From assembly GCA_017609405.1 (NCBI GenBank), contig JAFCDZ010000001.1, positions 98,561-162,560 on the forward strand: DNA of 64,000 nucleotides, given 5' to 3'. Positions 1 to 9,631 of the stretch are shown here, piece after piece; within the stretch, counting starts at the first letter, position 1; each line of letters begins with the position of its first letter. The notes beneath the pieces are model-generated. The model was not told where the DNA came from. It saw only the letters and a program-made list of their open reading frames with translations, and did no database searches. A program made the position numbers and the translations under genes. The DNA comes from Candidatus Pacearchaeota archaeon. Its GTDB lineage: Archaea > Nanobdellota > Nanobdellia > Pacearchaeales > GW2011-AR1.

Positions 1-392
1 ACATCATAAGATTCTTTTGAATTAGGGGGAATATCAATATTAGAAAATCCAGGATATTGTCTAAAAACTCCTGAAGAATAAATGATTTCTAAATTTTTAA
101 AATATTGTGAATCAAATTTTGGACCCCCATAATAAAGACAAGCAACATATTTTGGAAAAGAAAATCTTTTTGAAAAAACCCCTTTATTGACAACAAATAA
201 TTCACCAATTTTTGTTTCAAAAGAATTAATATATTTACCATCAGATGTAAAATTAACATCATCAACTGAAACAATGATTGGATTATTAAATTTAATAAAA
301 TAAGAAAATTCTGGAATCCAATAAACAAAGAGAAAGATAATTAAGAGAACTGAAACAACTGCAATAACTGATAAAGAGATTTCTTTTCTCAT
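1..392 (-). CDS. hypothetical N-terminally membrane-anchored protein (start present, C-terminus runs off the window)
   Basis: Own reverse translation: ATG at 392-390 (MRKEISLSVIAVVSVLLIIFLFVYW...), open with no stop down to position 3. Missing from the track because it is edge-truncated. The start lies 1 nt after the stop of 394..657. Confidence 0.55.
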   Translation of the reverse strand, partial: MRKEISLSVIAVVSVLLIIFLFVYWIPEFSYFIKFNNPIIVSVDDVNFTSDGKYINSFETKIGELFVVNKGVFSKRFSFPKYVACLYYGGPKFDSQYFKNLEIIYSSGVFRQYPGFSNIDIPPNSKESYD

Positions 393-393
393 T

Positions 394-657
394 TTATCTT
401 TTTTCTCTTGCCATACTTCTTGAGAGATAATATCCTACAAAAAGGAACAATATTGCAGAGATAAAAAGAGCTAATGAAATCCCCCATTCATCGAAATTGA
501 AGGAATCTATAAGATATGCTATAGTAAAAGAATATAAAAAAATAGATATCAAATAAAAGATATGATAAAATTTTTTATATTTAGCAAATAAAATTATTGA
601 AAATATTAATCCAAGAAAAAACAAAAACCACCCCAAAACAACTGACCATCCCATCAT
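394..657 (-). CDS. small polytopic membrane protein
   Basis: 87-aa ORF with three hydrophobic segments. It overlaps 654..836 by 4 nt, suggesting an operon. Confidence 0.5.
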   Translation of the reverse strand: MMGWSVVLGWFLFFLGLIFSIILFAKYKKFYHIFYLISIFLYSFTIAYLIDSFNFDEWGISLALFISAILFLFVGYYLSRSMAREKR

Positions 658-836
658 TTATTCACCTCCCTTAAAAACTCCCCAATAAAAAAATTAAGAA
701 TAACTAACAAAAACAACAAGATTATCTTCAAAGAAGGATCTAATTTAGAAAATACATTTACTGCAAGATAGAGAAACGCAACAAATAAAAATACAATCCC
801 TACAAAATAAAAAATATAACTAGACTCAATAGCCAT
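654..836 (-). CDS. small membrane protein
   Basis: 60-aa ORF with two hydrophobic segments. First gene of a three-gene minus-strand string. Confidence 0.45.
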   Translation of the reverse strand: MAIESSYIFYFVGIVFLFVAFLYLAVNVFSKLDPSLKIILLFLLVILNFFIGEFLREVNK

Positions 837-1116
837 AATATCTAAAAGAGCCTTTTATTTATAAAGGTTATGGGATAAAAATTTATTAAAAATTTTTATA
901 GTTAATCAAATACATTCAGCCAGTGTTCAACAATTCATGAGATTATTCAATATTAAGAAACTAAACTTATTTTCTGAATAAAGGAGTTAATCCAACAATT
1001 CTCTAATAGACAAGGTTCAGCAAGCAAAGACACTCTTATTCAACCTAACACCAAACTTTTTCAACAGAGCCAAAAATTTTAGTTAAATTAATAAACTATT
1101 TTAGTTTTTTATTTTC

Positions 1117-2022
1117 ATGGCATCTAAAGTATCTCTCTTTTTTTTAGGGACTTCAGATTCAATACCAAGCATAAAAAGAAACCATACCTCTATTTGGCTT
1201 AGTTATGAAGGAGAAACTATTTTGGTAGATTGTGGAGAAGGAACACAAAGACAAATTAGAAAAGCAAAATTAAATCCTTGTAAAATCACCCGAATTCTTA
1301 TAACCCATATACATGGAGACCATGTTTTAGGACTTCCTGGATTATTGCAAACTTTAACTTTAAGTGGATATAGTAAAACCCTTTATATTTATGGTCCGAG
1401 AGGATTTAAGAATTTTTTTGAACTGCTCAAAAAGACATTCTCTCTTGAAATTAATTTTGAAATAATTGTCAAAGAGGTTTCTGGAAAGTTTTATGAAAAT
1501 GAAAATTTTGAGCTTATAGCTGAAAAAATGAAACATAGTATTCCAACAAATGCTTATTGCTTTATTAGAAAAAAACAAAGAAGAATTGATAAAGAAAAAT
1601 TAAAGAAATTTAAAATTCAAGAAGGCCCAATCATGCAAGAGCTAAAAAAAGGTAAAGATATTGTTTATAATGGAAAAAAATTCAAAGCAAAAGAGCTGAC
1701 TTATATTGAGAAAGAATTTAAAATTTGTTTTGTTTTAGATACTGCTCTCAATGAGAAAATTCAAAATTTTGTTAAAGGGGCTGATGTTTTAGTTTCTGAA
1801 GCTAATTTTAGTTCTGAATTAGAAGAGCTTGCAAAAGAGCATTTTCATCTTACTGCTGCGCAAATCTCAAAAATTGCTAAAAAAGCAAAAGCAAAGAAGT
1901 TGATTTTAACACATATTAGCCAGAGGTATGAGGCAAATCCAAAAATAATCTTAGAAGACGCAAAAAAATATTTTAAAGATGTTATTCTTGCAAAAGATTT
2001 TGATAATTTTGAATTCAAGTAG
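1117..2022 (+). CDS. rnz: ribonuclease Z (tRNA 3' endonuclease, metallo-beta-lactamase fold)
   Basis: ILVDCGEGTQRQ and ITHIHGDHVLGLPGLLQT (HxHxDH) motifs. Length of 301 aa is typical. Confidence 0.85.
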   Translation: MASKVSLFFLGTSDSIPSIKRNHTSIWLSYEGETILVDCGEGTQRQIRKAKLNPCKITRILITHIHGDHVLGLPGLLQTLTLSGYSKTLYIYGPRGFKNFFELLKKTFSLEINFEIIVKEVSGKFYENENFELIAEKMKHSIPTNAYCFIRKKQRRIDKEKLKKFKIQEGPIMQELKKGKDIVYNGKKFKAKELTYIEKEFKICFVLDTALNEKIQNFVKGADVLVSEANFSSELEELAKEHFHLTAAQISKIAKKAKAKKLILTHISQRYEANPKIILEDAKKYFKDVILAKDFDNFEFK

Positions 2023-2641
2023 AACCAATTCCTAATCTATCCCCAAGTTCTCTTCTAATTGCCTTCTGCATATTAGCAATTCCGTCTTCATAAGGAATAA
2101 CAGAAACCTTTTCTGGAGGAAGCATCTTTGCAACATATAAATACCCTTGCCTAACTTTATGGTGATATTCTATTCCTTTCATTGAAAACCTGTCTTTACC
2201 AACTTCTCTATCTAAACCAACTCTTGGGTCAACATCAATTATAAACAATAAATCTGGAAGAATACCAAGAGTAGCTCGCTTATTTAGTTCTTGAATAAGT
2301 TCCAAATCAACACCTCCTGCAAAACCCTGATATGCAATAGTTGACGGCCATCCTCTTGCCTTTAAAACAGAATATCCTCTTTCTAATGAAGGCTGAACAA
2401 CCTTTCTATAATTTTCTAAGCGAGCAGCTTCAAATAAAAATAATTCTGAAAGAGGGTCAAAATCATTATCCTTCTTTGACAACACATTCCTTATTTGCTC
2501 TGCTTCAGGAGTCCCTCCTGGCTCTCTTGTTCTAACAACACTACATCCCAAATCTCCAAGATATTCCTCGAGTAAATTTGCTTGTGTGTCTTTTCCACTC
2601 CCTTCACCCCCTTCAATCATAATATAAAAACCCTTACTCAT
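2015..2641 (-). CDS. tmk: thymidylate kinase
   Basis: P-loop IMIEGGEGSGKDTQ and TREPGGTP motifs. I moved the start to MSKGFYIMIEG (2641), which overlaps the upstream ThyX-like stop by 8 nt. Confidence 0.85.
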   Translation of the reverse strand: MSKGFYIMIEGGEGSGKDTQANLLEEYLGDLGCSVVRTREPGGTPEAEQIRNVLSKKDNDFDPLSELFLFEAARLENYRKVVQPSLERGYSVLKARGWPSTIAYQGFAGGVDLELIQELNKRATLGILPDLLFIIDVDPRVGLDREVGKDRFSMKGIEYHHKVRQGYLYVAKMLPPEKVSVIPYEDGIANMQKAIRRELGDRLGIGST

Positions 2642-3947
2642 TTTTCCTCCTTTGAATTTTTGAATAATACCCGCAACTTTTCCTCTCAGGACATCTTCCA
2701 TAAAGAACACATTGCGGAACAATCCTATTACCTAAATCTGAATTATAACAGCTAATAAGCTCCTTAAATCCCCTTGAGAGGTCTCTAATTTCCCATTGTG
2801 CTTGTGTGCAGGTTCTTTTTCCTAAAGAATGTAATGCATTCCATCCATTAATATGAATTAAACCAGCAATTTCAAGAGCATGAGGAAGAACACCTAAAGA
2901 ATCTGGATAAAATTCAGGATTATTTGCAAAAGAAATTGCCCTACTAGCTAAAAGAGAAAATTCTTCATCAAATGAGGTTCTCATTATTGAACTAGGAATT
3001 TTTACAATACCTCTCTGAGATGCTTTTTTTAAAGGCTCAACACTATTGTCCCATGTTCTCTGCCGTATTGCCTGATGAAAACAAGCAAGAGACATAGAAG
3101 CTAAAAAAGTATAATGAATATGCTTCAAATTCGCTAACTCTGCAGGGTCTCTTGAAAATATCGCTCTTTCAATGGCTCCATTAGACATCCGAATTCTAGG
3201 AAAGTCTAATAACATTGGAAAAGGAGCTTTTGAATGTTTCTTTATAATGTCTTCAAGAGTTTTATTTTTAGAGTAATATAAAGCTGCTGCAGGATACCAT
3301 GCTAAAGGTTCGTAATTTGTCTCCCTTTTTTTCATTAATCTTGGAGCAATTTCTCTTGCAAGAGAAACCATCTCTTTAACAACATCTCTTGTCTCACTTG
3401 GAACATCACTATTGTCTGCTAACCAATCAAGGTGTTGAAGCTCTCTTGCATCAAAAAGAGACTGAATATTTGTCTTAACATAAAGAGGCAGAATATATCT
3501 TGCATCTTCTTTAGGAACTCCTGCTTGAACCATTTCTTCATATAATCTAAACTGCTCATTCATTATATCTTCAGCCTCACTTCCCCTTAAACTTTCAGGA
3601 AGATAAAAGCCCCTATTAGCACTTGCTCTTCTAAGAGATTGCTGTAAATGAGATGTAAATTGAGGAGAGCATAAAAAAAGAGTAGTTGCCCTGCTAACAT
3701 CTTTCAAAGAGAATACAAAACCAGAATGGTCAAGAACAGCGCCATGACCTCTTCCAGAAGTTTCTCTAAAAATCATCTCTTTTCTATCAACATAATCTGG
3801 TTTTTGAATCTCTGACCTATGAATCTCATCAGAACTTTTATCATAAAAACAACCCCTTGCACCACAAGAAGCAAAATCTTCAGCATCCCAATTTTCACGA
3901 GGATTCTGAAGCCATCCTATTAGCTTAATTTTAGCAGTTGTATGCAT
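2634..3947 (-). CDS. ThyX-like flavin-dependent thymidylate synthase, double-length (two ThyX-like halves)
   Basis: First half: GRGHGAVLDHSGFVFSLKDVSRATTLFL...TSHLQQSLRRAS resembles the ThyX GHxSxxEH...SR...RHRxxSxxxxSxRY pattern. Second half: HYTFLASMSLACFHQAIRQRTWDNS. The gene is translationally coupled to tmk. Confidence 0.6.
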   Translation of the reverse strand: MHTTAKIKLIGWLQNPRENWDAEDFASCGARGCFYDKSSDEIHRSEIQKPDYVDRKEMIFRETSGRGHGAVLDHSGFVFSLKDVSRATTLFLCSPQFTSHLQQSLRRASANRGFYLPESLRGSEAEDIMNEQFRLYEEMVQAGVPKEDARYILPLYVKTNIQSLFDARELQHLDWLADNSDVPSETRDVVKEMVSLAREIAPRLMKKRETNYEPLAWYPAAALYYSKNKTLEDIIKKHSKAPFPMLLDFPRIRMSNGAIERAIFSRDPAELANLKHIHYTFLASMSLACFHQAIRQRTWDNSVEPLKKASQRGIVKIPSSIMRTSFDEEFSLLASRAISFANNPEFYPDSLGVLPHALEIAGLIHINGWNALHSLGKRTCTQAQWEIRDLSRGFKELISCYNSDLGNRIVPQCVLYGRCPERKSCGYYSKIQRRKNE

Positions 3948-4030
3948 GTTTAAAATAAATTAAAACCCCCTTTTTAATAAAATCTGTTTGAAAAAATATA
4001 TATTAAAGAATATATTCGAAAGAAGACTAA

Positions 4031-4306
4031 TTAACGATATGGCTCAGTAGCAATTCTATCTACCCCTCCCCTTTGAGAAAGGTCATAAGCACCCATATCT
4101 CTTGCAGCAGGGTCATAAGGATATAATAATGGAGAAGCATTTATATATATTTTATCAGCATCTGAAGGACCTATCTGAACCCCAACATTCTCTTTAAGAT
4201 TAGCACACCCGCTACAAACAGCAAGCAAGGCTAATCCTGAAAATACTTTTCTAACAGCATTTTTTAGTAATTTATTACTCATTTTACTACTATATAATAA
4301 GTACAC
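4031..4306 (-). CDS. small secreted or lipoprotein-like protein
   Basis: N-terminal signal-like segment ending LLAVCSGC (lipobox-like). The start may instead be the internal MSNKLL (4282). Confidence 0.45.
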   Translation of the reverse strand: MYLLYSSKMSNKLLKNAVRKVFSGLALLAVCSGCANLKENVGVQIGPSDADKIYINASPLLYPYDPAARDMGAYDLSQRGGVDRIATEPYR

Positions 4307-4359
4307 TTTATAAATCTTTCGGTCAAGAAATCTTATTCAGAAGTAAAAGTAAAACCTTA

Positions 4360-5175
4360 TTAAAAACACCAATTAAAGAAAACATGAACTTCCTCGTTGA
4401 TAAGATCAGCTTTTATTGAAAGAGTTGCTCTCTCCCCACGAATTTCTATTGAAGGATTAGCAAGATTAAGGTATACATTTTTAATAATATTCCACTCATA
4501 AGGAGAAAAAGTTTTTTCTTCCCTAAAACAAACTCCTGAATTAATACTGCTCGGATTATATTGAAGAGACATTAATAAATCCATAGGAGGAGTAATTACA
4601 CAACCTTTAACAGGGGTGCTAATTGAAAATTGGGAAATAGAACCATCTTTATCAAGAGTAAAAGGACAGCTAACAAAAGTACCAACTTGATTCCAACAAC
4701 TAAGAGAACTTCCATCAGAAGTTTTTATTGAAAGCTGCTCAGGTTCTTCAATTACCTGAACCCCACCAAAAGGAACCTCCTCTGTATTGTATATATAAGC
4801 AGGATAATTTCCATTAGGCTTTAATGAAAGCATCCCAAAAGACTCGCAACTCTCTTGCTCCATAGCAGAGGGTGGAATAAAAGAGATATTTGAAAAAGCA
4901 TTATCAAACTCACTAAAACTATCAGCTCCAGAAAATTCAGAACCACCCATGTATTGATTAAACTCTTCTTCTTGCTGAGAATTATAAGAAGAGAAATCAG
5001 AACCATATCCTTCTTGTTGATTATAATTTTGAAAATAAAACTCTTCAAAAGGAGGAGAAAATGAAGGAGAAATATGCCCAATAAAATAACCAAGATTAAG
5101 ACCAATAACAAATATTAAAAGATATATCAAAATTGTTTTAATCAACCTCTTTTTCACTTTTTTCATAAAAAACAA
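4360..5175 (-). CDS. hypothetical N-terminally anchored extracellular protein
   Basis: 271-aa ORF with a single N-terminal TM segment (KTILIYLLIFVIGLNLGYFIG) followed by a low-complexity S/E/F-rich region. Confidence 0.55.
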   Translation of the reverse strand: MFFMKKVKKRLIKTILIYLLIFVIGLNLGYFIGHISPSFSPPFEEFYFQNYNQQEGYGSDFSSYNSQQEEEFNQYMGGSEFSGADSFSEFDNAFSNISFIPPSAMEQESCESFGMLSLKPNGNYPAYIYNTEEVPFGGVQVIEEPEQLSIKTSDGSSLSCWNQVGTFVSCPFTLDKDGSISQFSISTPVKGCVITPPMDLLMSLQYNPSSINSGVCFREEKTFSPYEWNIIKNVYLNLANPSIEIRGERATLSIKADLINEEVHVFFNWCF

Positions 5176-5229
5176 AAGAAAAAAGTATTTATAAATTTTT
5201 CATAAAACATCCATAGAGAACACATTAAA

Positions 5230-5544
5230 TTATATTAAAAGCCCAATCAGTACAAAAATAGAAATTAGGGCATATAGGGATATCCATAATTCTGCTAACC
5301 AATCAGGAAAATCCAAATGAAAATATTTTTTCAAGAACATTGGTATAAATTTTGTTTTTTTAATTCTCTGGCCTGCTTTTTTTCTTAATTGATATTCTTC
5401 AACAGTTAATGGACAAGAGCCATATATTTTTTCAATAGACCATAGACCAAATAGCCAGAAAGCAGAATAAATTTTTAATAAGAGTAATGCAAAAATAGCA
5501 ATCAGAGCAAAAACAATAATAAAGAAAATTAATAGATAAATAAC
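5230..5544 (-). CDS. DUF2784-like membrane protein ORF without canonical start (possibly truncated or a pseudogene)
   Basis: Own translation of a 104-codon stop-to-stop frame: ...FWLFGLWSIEKIYGSCPLTVEEYQLRKKAGQRIKKTKFIPMFLKKYFHLDFPDWL... The CPLT-x2-E-x2-LR-x2-AG pattern matches my recollection of DUF2784. The only in-frame ATG/GTG/TTG is an ATG (and a TTG two codons later) 32 codons from the stop, so it is absent from the track. Confidence 0.3.
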   Translation of the reverse strand, partial: VIYLLIFFIIVFALIAIFALLLLKIYSAFWLFGLWSIEKIYGSCPLTVEEYQLRKKAGQRIKKTKFIPMFLKKYFHLDFPDWLAELWISLYALISIFVLIGLLI

Positions 5545-5660
5545 TTAAATCAACTCTGCTAAAAATTTATATTCTTTAATCCTCATTTTAAAAAAATCTA
5601 TATAATTTACGAAACTAAGAAAACCCAAAACTTATTAATCCCTCTTTTTCTTATAAAAAC

Positions 5661-7022
5661 ATGCTTGAAAAACTTGGAAAAACAATAAGAAAAGTAACAG
5701 ACAGAATAGCGAACAGCATATTTTTAGATAAAGAAGAAGTTCAAAGCATAATAAAGGACCTTCAAAGAGCATTAATAGAAGCAGATGTAGATGTGTTTCT
5801 TGTAAAAGAATTAAGTGATAAGATAAAAAAAGAAGCAATGAATGAGAGAATCAAAGGTATAGAGAAAAAAGAACATATAATAAAACTTCTCCACTCCTCT
5901 CTTATTGAAATCCTTGGAGGTGAAAAAAAGGAATTAAAATTAAAAAGAGGTCAAAACAGAATACTTTTAATTGGTTTATATGGTTCTGGAAAAACAACAA
6001 CTGCATCAAAGTTAGGAAATTATTTCTCAAAAAGAGGGAAAAAAACAGTTCTCGTTGGATTAGATGTTCATAGACCTGCTGCAAAGGAACAATTAAAACA
6101 AATGGCTAAAAAAGCAAAAACCCCTTTTATCACAGATTTTGAAGAAAAAGATCCTATAAAAATCTGGAAAAAGAATAAAAAAGAAATAGAAAAATATGAA
6201 TTAGTAATAATAGATAGTGCAGGTAGACATTCATTAGATAAAGAGCTCATAAAAGAAATAAAACAAATTTCAAAAGAAACAAAACCAACAGAAATAATCC
6301 TTATTCTTCCAGCAGATATAGGACAGAGTGCAAAATCGCAAACACAAGAATTTCAAAAAGCAGTGAATATAACAGGAGTAATTATAACAAGAATGGATTC
6401 AAGTGCAAAAGGAGGTGGTGCAATTAGTGCGTGCGCTGAAACAAAAGCCCCAATTTATTTTATAACAACAGGAGAAAAAATAAATGATATAGAAGAATTT
6501 GATCCTGACTCTTTTTTATCTCGCTTATTAGGTATGGGTGATTTGAAAACATTAATAGAAAAGATAAAGCTCATAACAGATGAAGATAAACAAGAAGAAT
6601 TGAAAAAAAGAATAGAAAAAGGGGAATTAAAATTAGAAGACGTAATTGAACAAGTAAAATCTTTGAATTCCTTAGGAGGCTTTTCAAAACTAAAATCACT
6701 AATTCCTGGAATGGGTAATCTTAATATAGGAGACGAAAAATTAGAAGAACAGCAAGAGAGAATAAAAAGATGGGAGTATATTCTAACATCTATGACAAAA
6801 GAAGAAAAAGAAAACCCTGAACTTCTTGAAAAACAAACAACAAGAATATCAAGAATAGCAAAAGGTTCTGGAACAACAACAAAAGATGTAAGAACGCTGC
6901 TAAAACAATATAAACTATTAAAAGAGATGATAAAAAGTCAAAGCATGAGTAGTGGAGAACTATCACAAAAACAATTAAAAAAACTAATGAAAAAATTTGG
7001 AAGATTCAAAAAAATTATTTAA
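5661..7022 (+). CDS. srp54: signal recognition particle protein SRP54
   Basis: GLYGSGKTTT, DSAGRH and TRMD GTPase motifs, plus a Met/Lys-rich M domain at the C-terminus. Confidence 0.92.
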   Translation: MLEKLGKTIRKVTDRIANSIFLDKEEVQSIIKDLQRALIEADVDVFLVKELSDKIKKEAMNERIKGIEKKEHIIKLLHSSLIEILGGEKKELKLKRGQNRILLIGLYGSGKTTTASKLGNYFSKRGKKTVLVGLDVHRPAAKEQLKQMAKKAKTPFITDFEEKDPIKIWKKNKKEIEKYELVIIDSAGRHSLDKELIKEIKQISKETKPTEIILILPADIGQSAKSQTQEFQKAVNITGVIITRMDSSAKGGGAISACAETKAPIYFITTGEKINDIEEFDPDSFLSRLLGMGDLKTLIEKIKLITDEDKQEELKKRIEKGELKLEDVIEQVKSLNSLGGFSKLKSLIPGMGNLNIGDEKLEEQQERIKRWEYILTSMTKEEKENPELLEKQTTRISRIAKGSGTTTKDVRTLLKQYKLLKEMIKSQSMSSGELSQKQLKKLMKKFGRFKKII

Positions 7023-7477
7023 CAACCCTCATCAATCTTCCAGTTACAATTATCATCAACACCATTAAAACAAACTTCTTTTAAATTAGGATTAATTTTA
7101 GGATTATTATCATCGCAATCACATTTTGTTCCACCAGAATAACACCCCATAAAACCATCATCATCCAAATCAATATCAACAACTGAACTAATAACGCAAT
7201 CATAGCGCTCACCAGTTGTAGAATTAACACAAGAATCATCAGAACAAAAAACCCTAAAAACAGCTGAATGTCCGGAAAATTTAGAATTAAAAGAATATTC
7301 AGAAAAATTATCTACAGAACAAGGAGAAAAAAGAGTGTCTGAATTCTTTGGAGAAAAAGAGATTTTCGGAGTTTTTAGATGAATTAAAAAATAAAGACCA
7401 ACAGATAAAAGAATTAACATTAAAACAAATCCAAAAAAATTAAAATGTGTTTTCTCTCGTGGCTTTTCAATTTTCAT
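7019..7477 (-). CDS. membrane-anchored Cys-rich secreted protein with MopE-type putative metal-binding motif
   Basis: N-terminal TM segment. The C-terminal CDCDDNNPKINPNLKEVCFNGVDDNCNWKIDEGC matches the DCDD...P...E.C.G.D.DC...DEG repeat. Confidence 0.6.
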   Translation of the reverse strand: MKIEKPREKTHFNFFGFVLMLILLSVGLYFLIHLKTPKISFSPKNSDTLFSPCSVDNFSEYSFNSKFSGHSAVFRVFCSDDSCVNSTTGERYDCVISSVVDIDLDDDGFMGCYSGGTKCDCDDNNPKINPNLKEVCFNGVDDNCNWKIDEGC

Positions 7478-7821
7478 AAGATATCAAAATTATCAAAGTT
7501 TTTAAATTTATTCTAAGTTAGGAAAGTGTTAAAAAAGTTTAATCTATAAGAAGAGTTAATCAATAATACCTAAAATAAGCTCAATATTTTTAGAGAAGTT
7601 ATAAAACGTTGGTTGTCATGATAAATAAAACAAGAAACATCATAAAAAATTCTCTTAAAATTGTTGCCCAAACTCTGCCCTCTGAACACTGTAGTCATAA
7701 AAATTATCAGGATAACACTTTCCACTGAATTATTCTAAATAATGTTAATAACCAAAAATTGCTGAACACGATTTTAGAATACATCCGATTAACATAAAAA
7801 GATTTCAACAAACTATAAAAA

Positions 7822-8427
7822 TTAATGTTTATATCTTCCCCTTTTCTCAACTTTTTCCAATCTCTCAATTATCTTATCGTAATCTTTTGAAATTTTTTTA
7901 TAACCTTTTAAAACAAATTTCCAAAAATCCCCCCACTTATTAAAATGTTTTGCTTCAAGAGCTTCTTTTAATAAATGTAAATCAACAGCTTTATCTTCAA
8001 TTCTATGACTATGATACCCTAATCCGAAATCAACAAAAAAAACATCACCACCTTTCAAAATCATATTACTTGTTGTCAAGTCACCATGAATTATATCTGA
8101 ATTATGAAGTTTAGCTACTGATTCACCTATTTTTTCACAAACTTTTAAAGAATTTTTTAAAGCATCAAGATAATCTGATAATTTCTTTCCATTAATAAAC
8201 TCCATTATAATTCTCTTATTAGATTCATCAACGAGGATTATATTTGGAGCACAAATCACCTCTGAGGCTTTTTTAATTAGCTTTGCCTCCCTTCTTGTTC
8301 TTAATTTGCGTATTTTTTCATCTACTTCTTTTATACGATACCCTTTCTTAATCCTCTCTTTTACAATAACTTTCTTATCCTCATCTAATTTAATCACTGC
8401 TTCTGCCCCTTGTTGAAGGATTTTCAT
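7822..8427 (-). CDS. bud32: Kae1-associated kinase Bud32 (KEOPS subunit, RIO-type kinase)
   Basis: 201 aa. Contains HGDLTTSNMIL and FVDFGLG catalytic motifs and has the typical stand-alone Bud32 size. Confidence 0.8.
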   Translation of the reverse strand: MKILQQGAEAVIKLDEDKKVIVKERIKKGYRIKEVDEKIRKLRTRREAKLIKKASEVICAPNIILVDESNKRIIMEFINGKKLSDYLDALKNSLKVCEKIGESVAKLHNSDIIHGDLTTSNMILKGGDVFFVDFGLGYHSHRIEDKAVDLHLLKEALEAKHFNKWGDFWKFVLKGYKKISKDYDKIIERLEKVEKRGRYKH

Positions 8428-8507
8428 AAAATTCTAAATCCCCCTTTATTTTTAAATTTGGTGATATAAAACAACAGTTTTTTATAATATGAAAAACTTA
8501 AAATAAA

Positions 8508-9209
8508 ATGAACAAAAAAATAATTGTAAGCCTTTTCACACTAATTGCTTTGATAGGAGTGGTTCTTATTATAATAAGCAATTTATCAAAACCTGTTTAT
8601 TCTGGAGTAGAATGTAGAATAATCTCTGAAAACTCCCCGCCAGAAAAAGCTATTAATATTGTTTTTCTGACAGAGAATCTAAATGAAAAAGCATTTCAAA
8701 AATATATTAAAGAATTCATAGAAACAGAACCTTTCAATGAGAGCAAAAATAAATTTAATTTTTATTATATATCTGAAAAACCAAAATGCGAATTATACAA
8801 AGGAATTGCGCTTTTCTGCTATTCAAGAAATTTGATAAATTTAGCATCATCTTGCCCAAATGATTTTATAGCTGTTGTCTCAGATAGAGATAGAAAAATT
8901 AGAAGCTCTGCATATATGAATGTAATGAGCATCAATTATAAATTACCTCCAACAGTATTTCTTCATGAATTTGGACATGTCTTTGCAAACTTAGCAGATG
9001 AATATGTTCCAGCCCAACTAAGAAGAGGCTCAAAGAATTGTAAAAAAACTTGTGAAGAATTTGAGGGAATTGGAAAATGCTACAAAGGATGTTCAAGAGA
9101 AAACTTATTCAGGTCATCATATGCATCAATAATGAAAACATTAAATAGCAAAGAATATGGTGATTACAATACTCTTTTAATTAAACAAAAAATGGAGGAA
9201 TGGAAATGA
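8508..9209 (+). CDS. membrane-anchored zinc metallopeptidase (M64-like HEFGH...DEY motif)
   Basis: N-terminal TM segment. HEFGHVFANLADEY resembles the M64 family signature. Confidence 0.55.
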   Translation: MNKKIIVSLFTLIALIGVVLIIISNLSKPVYSGVECRIISENSPPEKAINIVFLTENLNEKAFQKYIKEFIETEPFNESKNKFNFYYISEKPKCELYKGIALFCYSRNLINLASSCPNDFIAVVSDRDRKIRSSAYMNVMSINYKLPPTVFLHEFGHVFANLADEYVPAQLRRGSKNCKKTCEEFEGIGKCYKGCSRENLFRSSYASIMKTLNSKEYGDYNTLLIKQKMEEWK

Positions 9210-9631
9210 AAAAGATAACAGCACTACTGATTATAATCCTTATTGGAGCAATAATAAGCTACAATAGGCCAGCTGAAAAAACAATGATTCTTGAATTTGA
9301 ATATTCAAAAGGCAGTATAAGATTAGTTAATAAAACAATAATCACTGGCTTTGCCTCAAAAAATCCAAAAGATATCTCTCTTGAATATCATTATAAAATA
9401 ATTGAAGGAGATAAAGAAAAACAAGGAAGTTTTAATCCAGACACATTATTCATAGATGGAATTGAAAACAATGAATTAACTGGAGGGATTATAATCCTAA
9501 ACAAAACAAGGTTCTTTATAAATACAAAATATAGCGAAGAAATTAAAAAAATAGAAATTTATCATAAAGACAAAAAGATATATGAAATAGATATCTTAGA
9601 AAAAGGAGCAACACCTTGTAGAGTAAAATGA
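9200..9631 (+). CDS. hypothetical N-terminally anchored protein
   Basis: 143-aa ORF overlapping both neighbours (operon). The likely start is MKKITALLIIILIG. Confidence 0.5.
   Translation: MEMKKITALLIIILIGAIISYNRPAEKTMILEFEYSKGSIRLVNKTIITGFASKNPKDISLEYHYKIIEGDKEKQGSFNPDTLFIDGIENNELTGGIIILNKTRFFINTKYSEEIKKIEIYHKDKKIYEIDILEKGATPCRVK

Noticed and set aside
89-328. Track ORF of 79 aa on the minus strand
   Set aside because: It is a low-complexity I/L/F-rich translation. A different minus-strand frame is open from 392 to the window edge, has a proper ATG and a TM anchor, and explains the region better.
2642-2722. N-terminal extensions of track ORFs (tmk 2722, hef 13348, radA 35770, mpg 38310, cdc6 56467, rpa 37204, nth 19009)
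   Set aside because: The extensions overlap upstream genes or encode low-complexity peptides. Internal Met codons give N-termini that match the respective families.
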